Assembly: GCF_001194135.2 (NCBI RefSeq)
Contig: NC_068992.1
Coordinates: forward strand, 2,536,035 to 2,600,034
Length of the DNA: 64,000 nucleotides
Direction of reading: 5' to 3'
DNA from: Octopus bimaculoides
Taxonomy: Eukaryota
The number at the start of each line of letters is the position of its first letter. The stretch's first letter is position 1. Below are positions 38,779-50,325 of the stretch, piece by piece. Made by a program: the position numbers and the translations under genes. Under the pieces are notes generated by a model, which saw nothing but the letters and a program-made list of their open reading frames with translations, was not told the origin of the DNA and did no database searches.

Positions 38779-39312
38779 TGTGTCGCTAATACTGACATGG
38801 CTTCTATGACTGGATGTCTTTCTTAACATTCGGCACCAGCACTACCAAGGTTGCCATGACCTTAACTAGAAAACATGAAAGGGTTCTCTTGACTCTATTA
38901 TCTTCATTCATTTGGTAACAGCTTTACAATGGGAGTGAAATGACAGTATGGTTGAGGAGGAGGGGACATTGCTAAAAGTAGATTTTCAATAGAGACATGG
39001 TAACTGCAAGTTTAGATGCTGAGAGAGACAGAGAGAGAGTGGGGACGTTGAGCATGAGTGATGGGTAGTGATATAGATGAGTGATAGTGAGAGAGTAATG
39101 GATGTCAAGAATGAAGGAAATGATGGAGAAGGAGAACTGGTTCGTAGCAAAGGAGAAAAAATGGAGAAGAATATCAGATACCAACAAATTTGATACAATC
39201 TGTCACTCTGCAGCATTAATGTATGGTGCAATGGAAAGGAGAGACAGGGAGAAACAGGGAGATGGGAGAATATCAAATATACGTGTGTACATATGTGTAT
39301 ATATATATATAT

Positions 39313-39357
<45 letters not shown>

Positions 39358-39361
39358 CATA

Positions 39362-39395
<34 letters not shown>

Positions 39396-41084
39396 NNNNN
39401 NNNNNNNNNNNNNNNNNNNNNNNNNNNNNNNNNNNNNNNNNNNNNNNNNNNNNNNNNNNNNNNNNNNNNNNNNNNNNNNNNNNNNNNNNNNNNNNNNNNN
39501 NNNNNNNNNNNNNNNNNNNNNNNNNNNNNNNNNNNNNNNNNNNNNNNGTGTGTGTGTGTGTGTGTGCATGCACAGGCATGGTTGTGTGCTTAAGAAGCTT
39601 ACTTTCCAACCACATATTTCTGAGGTTCAATCCCTCTACATGGCACCTTAAGAAAGTGTCTTCTTTCATAACCCCAGGTCAACCAAATCCTTGTGACTAT
39701 GTTTGATAGATAGGAAAAATAAAGAACCCCCCCCCCCCATGTGTGTGTGACAGCAGGTGCTTTGCTGCCTCCATGTCTCGAATGCGCATGGTAGTTGTAA
39801 ACACTAGCAAACAGCAGTGTTTTTTGGGTTTTTTTCTGTTTCCAGTCTTCCATGAAAACATGTCTGGTTATGAGGAAATATTAACTCATTAACTGTCAAT
39901 TTTTTTATTCATATTTCTTGGCTTTGCCAGGTGTCTTAGGAGTTAAAATAATATGTAGTATTTAAAGTTTCTTCATATGTGAATTATTTTGGAAATTATG
40001 ATAAATTTTTCAAAAAGTCCCAAATGGGCATCACTGAGAAGAAGCATATTTATCCTTTTCTATTCAATTGCAATAATAAACATTTCAGTTTTTTTGAAAC
40101 TATAGTATCAAATGTGAATGTGTATGAAATATCAATGAATGATATAAATGGGAAATGCAAAAAAGAAATAACCTTTTCAAAACAGTCAATATTTTTGTAG
40201 CTCAAAAATTGCAATTTATGACATAAAATGTCCTCTAGAATTATCCAGAGCTAATAATGACAAGCTTTAATTACTAAATATTGTTAAACACACCTCTGCA
40301 AATGCAATGTCCATAAGCAATTCACTTTAAATACAACAAACAACCAGTAGTAAGACTGTTTTTAACAGATCCCCAAATCGTAGCAGGGAATGGATTAACT
40401 TACTTGGAAATGACCAGCACTTCTTTATGCAATTGTCCCAAACCAATGCAGTCTTCTCTCTTAGGCATATAATTCTTCTAAAGTCTTTGAAAATATTTTT
40501 TTATTTTTGACTATATATTTTCCAAATGTAAATTCTATATTTTAGGCAGAAATTATTTTATTATCAACACAGAAGTTGTCTATTTAAAAAAAGATTATCT
40601 AAGACATATTCTCCAAGACATTTCTCATTACTAGTTTATAAACTCATATGTTTACTAAATACATCTAACCCCTTCATAAGTAACTTGATTGTTTCAAATA
40701 ACAGGATTTTCTTCTGATTTTTTTTTCTTAATATCAGAAGTATTTAGATGTATCTTTAATTCGCTCAATAAAAACATCCTAAAACATCAGAATGGATTAA
40801 AATATTTTATAAATCTATTTAGAATTAAGATTCTACAATAATTAAGCTTATTAACCATTATGTGACTAAGAACTCTCAGAAACAATATCTTAAAAGGTTA
40901 CACCCTGTCAACACTGTACGACTAAAGTTTGTTTTCAATCTTCTGTGAAAGCATGTATAACCTTGAAAAAGTATTACCTTGTTTAGAAACAGGTGAGATT
41001 AGGTTTGACAAAAACAAGGATATCAAGTTGCAAAAAATTTGAAACAAAAAATTTCGTCTGACCCATGCAAGCATGGAAAAGTGG

Positions 41085-41348
41085 GCATTGAAATATTCTT
41101 GACCACCATCCAAACATGGCTGATGTCAGCACCACCTTGACTGGCCCCTGTGCCAGTGGCATGTAAAAAGCACCATCCGATTGTGGTTGATTGCCAGCCC
41201 CCTCCGGCCCCTGTGCTGGTGGTACATAAAATGCACCGACTACACTCTCGGAGTGATTGGCGTTAAGAAGGGCATCCAGCTGTGGAAACATTTTGTGATC
41301 AGACTGGAGTCTGGTGCAGCCTCCCGTTAAACGATGATGATGATGATA
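41085..41348 (+). mobile_element. Family C retroposon with internal module repeats
   Basis: cccctgtgccagtggcatgtaaaaagcacc / cccctgtgctggtggtacataaaatgcacc ... gaagggcatccagc ... cgttaaacgatgatgatgatg. Confidence 0.8.
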
Positions 41349-42499
41349 CTGTATGTTTATACACACACAGACACACACACACTTGTGTGAGTGGATGTGC
41401 TAGTGTGTGTGTCCATGTGTGTATGAGTGTATATACATACATTATCATCAAGAATATTTCAATATTTCATGTGTGTGTGCGTGTGTGTAAATGTGTAAGA
41501 CTGATGATCCTCTACAAAGTTTCTGTCCACCAAATATTGCTCAGAGACTATCAGGAAACCAAGGTTCTCGATTGGGGAATCAAACATGGAACCGCTTTGT
41601 TGTAAAGTAAACTTGTTAGCCATAGAGCCAAAGCCATGCTGATATCTGAATATTCTGGTTGTTATTTTGTTTTTATGTTTTAGACTTCAGTTATTTAAAA
41701 ATTTAAAAACAAATTGCACCGTGTTTAAAAATACCTTGTTTAAAAATATTCTCCTTCCAATTAAATCTTAGTATCTTTAAGATGATCAATTTATTTTTAC
41801 ATCCCAACTGGTAATTATATTAAATTTTGTCACGGATGGCTGAACTGAAAGTCTATTGATCCTGAGCTACAAAAGTTGCTGCTGTAAACATAAGTTCCTG
41901 TCAGACAACTGAAGTTAATGCCATGTGAAATTTAACTAAATTAAAGAAATGAAACAAGCTGAAATGCAAGAAATAGATTCCTTATCTTAAGTCTGTTTAA
42001 CCTGATATGAGAATTTAATGTTGAATTTTTAGAAAATAAATGGAAAAATCCATTAAAGAAATTGCTTTGTTTTTGTAATAAAAATTCCAGAAAGCAATAA
42101 TGTCTTAGAACTGATTTCTTTATCAATTATTTTCACCTAACTTTTAGGTTAGGAACATCCTAAAATTCTCGATAAAGCATATATATTATTATGAAGAAGC
42201 TAAATAAAAGCTATATTAGATATTATGAGCTAAATAAAAGCACTTGCTATTTCATGCCAACTAGTTAAATAATCTAGGCATGAAAATGAATAAATAAAAC
42301 ATTTCCAATTCTTATTTAAATACTAATTTACTAAACACTATCACAAAACGAAAATCATTTAAGAGCAGCTGCATGTTTTCAATAATTCATCACAGAATTC
42401 TTTAGTGAGGAACAACCTTCTAATTATGAGCTTCAATCATCTTAAGAGTCAGAGATTTAAATTCAGTCTAATCTTTATCTTATGCATATTAATTGTATA

Positions 42500-42660
42500 A
42501 TCAAAGACTGACCTTGTATTTCAGAATCAGGAAATACTTGACCATTCTCCATCAATTACCCAGGTGTGGCCAACAATGGAGTCTTGCTCTAGTATTTAGG
42601 TTGGCACTGCTTTTCAACACACACACACACATCTTAGACTATATCCAAAGAAAGGCTTTT
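42500..42660 (+). mobile_element. CR1/L2/Jockey-group LINE relic (post-RT region)
   Basis: Frameshifted pieces LYFRIRKYLT, QVWPTMESCSSI*VG and HILDYIQRKAF resemble L.R.RKY..., AQVRP.MEY.S.IW and LD.IQRKA. Confidence 0.6.
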
Positions 42661-42706
42661 CAATTGTTTCTTCTCTCTTCCTCCATTTTACTATATATAT
42701 AAATAT

Positions 42707-44929
42707 CAGGGGCGTGAACTCTCAGGCATGCAAGATATGCGCTGCATGCATGCATTCTTTGATTTTTTTTTATCCATATCATCGAAAATTAGATAAAATA
42801 GTTACTTTTGTTTCAAAGAAGCCCCGTCCAGGTGTTTTCGAAATATTCTGCCTCCCCTTCTCCCTCTCTCACTGACTCGTACGTCTGCTTTGAGAAGACC
42901 ACGTGACCCCCTCTCTGTCTCTTTGTTAGTGTAGACTTGTTGCTAACCTCGTTCTGACCCGAACAAAAGCAATCCCATAATTCCTGAGTTAGCCAACTGA
43001 AATGTCGAAATAAACTGGCGGTAAGTATGAATTTTTTTTTTTATTCAAAACATCTGTTTGCACTATTATATTTTTGGAGTGTTTTGAAAACAAAAAATAT
43101 TATCTATATTATATTTCTTATTTCAGAAGTAGCTAATTAATCTTAAATTAATTTGACTAACGTTATTTTTCCGTTTTGTTGAAATTGACTCAGATGCAAT
43201 TTACTCAGACGCTTACACGTGTGTTTTTATATAAAAGTAACCTTTTTTAAAATGAGTGTTATAAACGATATTTTGAGAAATAGTTTTTCGAAAAGAGACT
43301 TCNNNNNNNNNNNNNNNNNNNNNNNNNNNNNNNNNNNNNNNNNNNNNNNNNNNNNNNNNNNNNNNNNNNNNNNNNNNNNNNNNNNNNNNNNNNNNNNNNN
43401 NNNNNNNNNNNNNNNNNNNNNNNNNNNNNNNNNNNNNNNNNNNNNNNNNNNNNNNNNNNNNNNNNNNNNNNNNNNNNNNNNNNNNNNNNNNNNNNNNNNN
43501 NNNNNNNNNNNNNNNNNNNNNNNNNNNNNNNNNNNNNNNNNNNNNNNNNNNNNNNNNNNNNNNNNNNNNNNNNNNNNNNNNNNNNNNNNNNNNNNNNNNN
43601 NNNNNNNNNNNNNNNNAAAGCACGAGCGTTCTCAAAGGCATATAAAACCTTTGATAGATCTTAAAATATTCGTGATCTTGTTGAAGCTATGCCAGAACTC
43701 TTCAATCTGTGCAAGTTGATTTTGACAATTCCGTCCACCACTGCTTCTGTAGAGCGATCCTTTTCTGTATTAAGTAGAGTCGAAACATACCAAAGAAATG
43801 CGACAGGAGAAAGAAGACTGTCTGGGTTAGCACTAATGTCAATTGAAAAAGATTTATTACAACAATTGATGAAAAGAGAAGATTTCTATGAAAATATGAT
43901 AGATATATTTGCCCAGAAAGATCGAAGAAATGAATTAATTTATAAATGAGGTAAATAACATTTTAGAACATTAAAAAATATATATATATATTTAAGGGCA
44001 TATATTGCAGGTTTTGGTTAGCGTTTGTTATAACGTAAGTTTCGACCTTCTTACATCAGCATTGTTTCGCAGGGGAAATGATTCGACTTCTTCGTCAAAC
44101 CTAACCTACATAGGTTTTCCTTTATGTGCTGCTGGGTGTAGTCTATTTACGGCCGTAAATAAGTGTCTTGTTTCAATCTCAGAGATGTTGACGTCTGCCA
44201 CAACAGGTTTTTTTTGGTGGGGGGGGCTTTTTATAATGTTGAATTTTGGCAGTCTTTCATTGTGTGTGTATTCATGTATATGCGTGTATTTTCAATGTGT
44301 GTGCGTGAGACGTAGTCTTTTAATATACGGAGTTCAGTAAGTCTCAGAACAGTCTACTTGAGTATCAATAATTTTCCCGGAATTGACAAGTCTCATGATA
44401 AAGCACCTGACTTGTCTTCGAGAGCGTAACTATTTAAAACCATGGCCATATAATGTAACTAAAGGTGTTCTCTTTATTAAATCAATTCAAATTGATTCAG
44501 CTGAACCAATAGGTATAGGGGCTAATGCAGAATCGCACCCCTTTGAAAAACGAAATTTTGTGAAAATCTTTTTCGAATTCTTACCTTTAACAGAGATTCC
44601 GAAAATGCAAAAATATTAACAGAATCCAATATCATCTTTATTCCATTTCACTTATGATTTTTAGACATTTTAAAGGGAGAGTGAGGATGGGAAAGTACTG
44701 ACGTTTCGAAGAGAGAGAAAAATACAAACAATACACTTATTTCAGGCTCATCTTTACAGAGCCATTTTTTATTCCCTGCTTATTCTAGGTCATACGGAGG
44801 TGGTTGCATATTCAGAATCTCCCATATGTAAATCGTAGGAATACTAAAATTCTTTTACTGAAAAATTGCCAGTGGGGGGAGGGAGAAATTCATTGCATGC
44901 CCAACCCCGGAAGTCACTGCACGCCACTG
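42707..44929 (+). mobile_element. hAT (Tip100/ZMYM1-like) DNA transposon with intact boundaries
   Basis: TIRs CAGGGGCGTG (42707) and CAGTGGCGTG (reverse complement ending 44929); identical 8-bp TSD ATAAATAT at 42699-42706 and 44930-44937; subterminal ggcatgcaa at both ends; transposase fragments inside. Confidence 0.92.
43252..43949 (+). pseudogene. hAT transposase: N-terminus, 315-N gap, C-terminal dimerisation domain
   Basis: MSVINDILRNSFSKRDF before the gap. After it, LVEAMPELFNLCKLILTIPSTTASVERSFSVLSRVETYQRNATGERRLSGLALMSIEKD...FAQKDRRNELIYK*, the classic hAT P.TTASVERSFS.L...KTYLR..RLS.LAL..IE motif. In-frame TAA at 43662-43664 implies a frameshift. Confidence 0.88.
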
Positions 44930-44933
44930 ATAA

Positions 44934-44967
<34 letters not shown>

Positions 44968-45164
44968 ACATTTAAACACACACACACAGATTCTCTCATG
45001 AACACACTGTCCTTTGTTCCTTAGAGTGTACTAGTCTCCTGCCACATCCTCTCAAATGCTTCCCACTGACTCCTCTCTCCTTCTCTTCCCCTCCCCTATA
45101 CATTGTCCACTACCATCAGAATACACAAACAGGGTCCACTACCATCAGGCTATACTTGCTTGCT

Positions 45165-45430
45165 TGCTTGCTTCATGCACTTGCTTGTTGGGGCTGGGGT
45201 CATTCCAGGTTGGTGGTCTGAGAGATATCATCATGTGTAAAGCTGATCTGGTCCACCACTGCTCTCCATTGCTGGTGGCCCAGTGCTAACCCCTCTACAT
45301 CCTCCAAGATGACGCCAAGCATCTGAAGATTGTCTTTAATCACATCCAGCCATCTGATGTAGGGCCTGCCTTGAGGCCCTCTTCAAGTCCACAGCTGGTG
45401 TGTCAAATGAGAGTAAAACCCTGGCTATGC
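45165..45430 (-). mobile_element. RTE/RTEX-like LINE 3' end with (GCAA)n tail
   Basis: Minus RGPQGRPYIRWLDVIKDNLQMLGVILEDVEGLALGHQQWRAVVDQI matches the RTE terminal R.RGRP..RW.D.I..DL...W motif. Confidence 0.75.
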
Positions 45431-48399
45431 ACTAAATCAGTCCTTGCTTCAAGAAATAAGAACTTTCTGGAATTCCTATTCTACCAATATTGTTCTTGCT
45501 ATTGTTGACTTGCCCCTGTTCAAGAGGAATATTAATAATGCCATTTCCTTTAGACCAAACCAATAATAGAATTTTTTTTCTAAATTTATATAGCTTCAGT
45601 ACTGTAATTGTCTTTAATATCATTTATATCTTGTATTATTTAAAAGATTTTCTTTACCAATTCAGGTCTCTTTGATAAGATCTCAGCTGATTAGGAAATA
45701 TCTAGACTTGCTATTGATTAGCTCTAAATATGCTATTGATTAGCTCTAAACACATTCTGTGATTTGGAAGATTCAATAAATTCATTTTGAAAAGTGTTTC
45801 ACAAGACATAATAATGTCCCATCAAATAATAAACGTAAAAACAACAACAACAAAAATGAGAAATAAAAAAGCAAAGAGGATGAGTGGCAGAGGGAAAGAT
45901 TTCTCTAATAAAAATTCTATAATAAATTGAAGGTCTGAAGAATGATATTTTATGGCATAATATTAGTTTCAGAATATTCTTAGCACTGCTGCTATTTTAA
46001 AACTTGTATGTTTTCCATCTGACAGGAGAAAATATATATTAAGTCACATATTATTTTAAAGGAAGTGTATATACACACATCTGTGTGTATTGCTTGTCAT
46101 AAAGCATATATGTATAAGGACTCTTCTATTTATAATTATTTGAATTGTTCCTGTAAGGGAGGAGTTGGTTTCTAACAAAAATACAAAGCTTCACCATTGG
46201 AATGTAGATAATGAAAACAAAGTCAAACTTGAGAAAAGGCTTAATCATTTTTACTGTTCCGCTTACGGATTGTATTTGTAATGCGTGTGTCAGCTGGTTG
46301 ATTTCTTTTCTGGAAAGCCTTGCTTTACCAGATTATCAATTTGGTATTTACTTACAACATTATGTGCACCAATTCTTGTTGACACCAGCACTTGTAAAAT
46401 TGTGGTGTGATTCACAAAAGTAAAGATTGTCCATTATTGAGTGGAAGTATATTAGAGAGGGAGGCGTACTTATAAGAGGTGTTGAGAGGTTAAAGGATGA
46501 AAGAAGAAACTAAAAAAAAATACAAATCATATCAAAAGTAGCCACTTGGTTATGATCTACAAAATAAGTGACATAACTTTAATTACAGTTTAAATTAGTT
46601 TATTAGAAATAGCTTTTGCCATTCAAAAATTAAATATATCATTCATTATCTGATGTCAAAACTATAATAATGAATTATAAATATGATGGATTAGGAAACA
46701 ATATAAAATAATTGCTTCTACTTGTTCTAAAGTGCACACTAGTCTATCTCTTGATATGATTTTGTATATTTTCTTATTGAAACCAAATAAGATGATCATT
46801 AGTTTAACCTAGCTAGTGACAAGACAAAGTTATTGAGTAACCTCATTCAGCTTTGAAGAAGCAGACTTCTTTCTCAGAAACTGCAGTGTAAATGTACAGA
46901 AGCAACTCATAGATGATAATGGAACAAGACCTATCAGATGTGCTGTGTCTGATTCCACATTCTATAGTTTGCTACTTCAGATTTTTATGGTGTATTGCAA
47001 TCGTTGTTTGAGATACGATACATTTCATTATCAGTATAACAGCACTCACACACTGCAGGTTTTCTTCATATGCAGAAATATTCACACTGTTTCACACACC
47101 ACACACACACACGCATAAACACACATACATACACACACCACACACATAAATACACACATACACACACACACACGTATACACACTCACTCACCCACACATA
47201 ATGCTCTCTCTCACAGGTGTGTAATCACATATTTCGCATCCATTTACAGGTGGAACATATTCTGGTATTATCTCTCTGCCTTTCACCCTGTCTCTCATTA
47301 TCATGGCTGTAATTAACTTTGTTTAAACATTATTTTTCTTGACCCAAAGAGCACAGATATTAGAATGTGTAGAACAGCCGCCAAAACACTTCCCACTATC
47401 TAACAGTCTCTCTCTCTCTCTCTCTCTACCTCATTCAGAGTTCAATACACACAGGAGCTAAGTTTCTTTCTTTCATTCCTCTGCAGAGGCCATTGAAATA
47501 AGTAATGAACTAAAATGCAAAGCCAATTACCAATTCTCATTCCCTATAAAATTCTGAGGCTTTGCCAAAGCTAGAACTCCCTATAATCAGAAGTATCAAG
47601 ACCAAAACTCTGAATCATAGCCCCACTATCAATTCTACAACCTATCAGTTCCTGCACTTATCCCCAGTCCACCACTGCATCAATTACTGCACACTTTAGC
47701 AGCTGCCAACATCTCTGAATTACATGGCCTTGGAAATTACTGTACCTCATCTTCTCTTTCTTCCTTGATAAATTTACGCAGCCATTTCATTGCCGTATCT
47801 AAAATCCAGTTCTTCTTTTCTAATAAACACCACAACACCACCTTAAATAAGATCTTATTTACTTTAGTAGCTGCACTAAACCTGGCAAAAGTTGAGAATT
47901 ATTTTACATTTTGTCACCATTTTGGGACATCATCAATGATCAACAATTTCACCATCAATCATTTCCAGTTGTTCTTGTTAGTAGTATGCATCTACAAAAT
48001 CTATCATCACCATCTTTACTGTTATTATTCATTAATCATTAGTCCTCCAGCTTTCTTTTTTAACTGATATCATCATCATCATTATCATCACAACCACCAC
48101 CACTGCTGCCATTGTCATCATCATCATCACCAGCGCCCACCACCGTTAGCTTCTTTATTTCCATTCCATGCTGTTCTACACATCACATCATTGTCTGATG
48201 GTTCAAATCCTGCATCAGTTATTCTATGACACCTGGTTTCTGGGGCTTTCATTTAATCCTTCTCCAATTACACGTGGAAACCAGAATTACATACAACATT
48301 CACAGTCTTGTGATTATCATACATTATCATAATATTCTAATTAGCAGTATAAAACAGGCAATAAAAACTGATTATATATTAATTATATATTATATATTA

Positions 48400-48570
48400 A
48401 TCAGAAATGTGTATCAACATTTTTTATTTGAATTCAGATTCCACCAAGGTTGACTTTGCCTTTCATCCAGTTGGGGTTGATAAAATAAGTACCAGTTAGA
48501 CACTGGAATCAATGTAAACTTAAGCCCTCTGCCAAAACTGCTGGCCTAGTGTCAAAATTTGAAACCATCA
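48400..48570 (+). mobile_element. SINE family B fragment
   Basis: ttcagattccaccaaggttgactttgcctttcatcc...gataaaataagtaccag...gtcaaaatttgaaacc. Confidence 0.75.
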
Positions 48571-48574
48571 TCAT

Positions 48575-48816
48575 TATTATTATAATTGAGTGAGAGAGCA
48601 GTGCATGCCATCAAAGTGAGGCTGGGCTACACTTATACGAAGCCTAATATACCTATCGTGGCTACCCATCTGATAAGAGTACACCAGGCACATGCATCAC
48701 AACCATATTTGCACGATATGGTGATCGTATTATTATTTGTATTATTATTATTTGTATTATTATTATTTGTTGTTATTATTCTTATTATGATTATTATTAT
48801 TATTATTATTATTATG

Positions 48817-48870
<54 letters not shown>
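48575..48870 (-). mobile_element. Retroposon 3' end embedded in TAA repeats (Dong/R4-like) plus (TTA)n array 48727-48870
   Basis: Minus strand ends gatggcatgcactgctctctcactcaattataataataat; TAA repeats on both flanks. The clade call rests on known TAA targeting of Dong/R4 elements. Confidence 0.45.
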
Positions 48871-48872
<2 letters not shown>

Positions 48873-49984
48873 AGTGGGGTAATTTGAGTGTGTCTGAAAG
48901 AATGCCTAAATAAAATTCATGAGCATCTAATTGTGAGATCAAATCCTGCCAGCACAATTTTGCCTTAATAACTAGGAAGGATAGAACTACTAACCCCAAA
49001 GAGTCAGTAACAACTCCTTTGTCAGTTCACAGTAAATATCTACAATGCAGTACTAAAGTTTAGCATCAGAAACAATAGCAAGACTCTTGTTAACAGATGT
49101 TACATTACATTCCTACATTGTGTGTAATCTTAATACATCTTAAATTTGTTTTATGTTTTACATCACGTTATCTGATGCATCACACCAAACTTATGGATTT
49201 TGTGACATTATTTTACTGGACAACTCCAACAGTATACTTATAACTGAATGGACTTTTAAGATGTTTGTTAAAACTAATCAATATGACAAATCAACACACA
49301 CACACACACACACACATGCTTGCACGTATACACACATTTCTGAATTCTAGAAAGGTACATATATTTCCTCTGCTCATGATATTCTTAATTTAGCTGTTAA
49401 TAATCTTTATATTTGTATAAAAATTGACAGACTTGGTTTCAAGTCTCTGCAGATTAAACTCGCTTTTGAGAAAATAATAGAAAAATTCTTGCATCTGTCT
49501 ATCGATTAAATGTCTAACTGTCTGAAGAGTTGTTGAGAAGATTATGTACAGGAATCAGTGTGGTTCATTTGATAAAAGCATTACTTGTCTTAGTTTGAAA
49601 TACAGATGCATAGTTCAAATCCAGTCTGGTACTACATACTGATCCAGGATTATGTCAGTTGATGATAGGAGATCAAACTGATTTGAAACGTAGAGTAGAT
49701 TTTACTCATTTCTAAAACTGAGGTTAATAGTCTTGGAAAACATTATTTTACACTCTATTAACTTCTAATAAATTGAGTTTGGCTGATTAGAAGAGACAAA
49801 TAATGAGCTAAATGTATTTAACCTAATAATAGTAATTAGTGGTCATTATAAATGTATGTTCCTTTGTAGTAGTTCTTCTCTGTTCATGAAGAAATGTGTT
49901 AAATGTTGAAAATATCAATAAATATTCTTTTTTACTCTAGGCACAAGTTCCGAAATTTTTGGGGAGGGGGCCAGTCGATTAGAT

Positions 49985-50325
49985 CACAACAATCTTCTAA
50001 ATAATCACAGAACTTCCACAAATACTGAAAGTTGATCTTAAGGTTATCAATAATGTATGTGATCAAGTCGTGGCTTTAGTTTGGGGCTTTGTTCCATCAG
50101 TTCAGGGATTAGGGTTCTTGTCTATGTTCCTGGTTCATCAATTAATTTAGAAAATATTTTGGAGGAAATTTATTTGAAGCTTTTTGAGCTAGAATCCTTT
50201 CTTTTTGGTGCCCTTTCTTGTAATATTTCATGCTTCTGTAACATCTTGGTCACTTCTTGAGTTGTAATTTATTCCCCAAAATGTTCAACTGTTGTACTTG
50301 CTGCTTGAAACAAGTATAACAGCTG
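49985..50325 (-). pseudogene. Degraded coding relic, possibly piggyBac-like transposase
   Basis: Protein-like frame with stops (LLYLFQAASTTVEHFGE*ITTQEVTKMLQKHE...KLKPRLDHIHY), then NLKINFQYLWKFCDYL after a frameshift; weakly like PGBD KIRP.ID.L..NFQ..Y. Confidence 0.25.

Noticed and set aside
33767-45750. Short tandem duplications: (GAATATTACA)x3 at 33767, agctaaataaaagc x2 near 42200, 22-bp dimer at 45709-45750
   Set aside because: Ordinary slippage duplications with unequal or no spacers; not CRISPR-like, and this is eukaryotic DNA.
48586-48999. Poly-Ile and poly-Asn ORFs
   Set aside because: (TTA)n array plus retroposon sequence.
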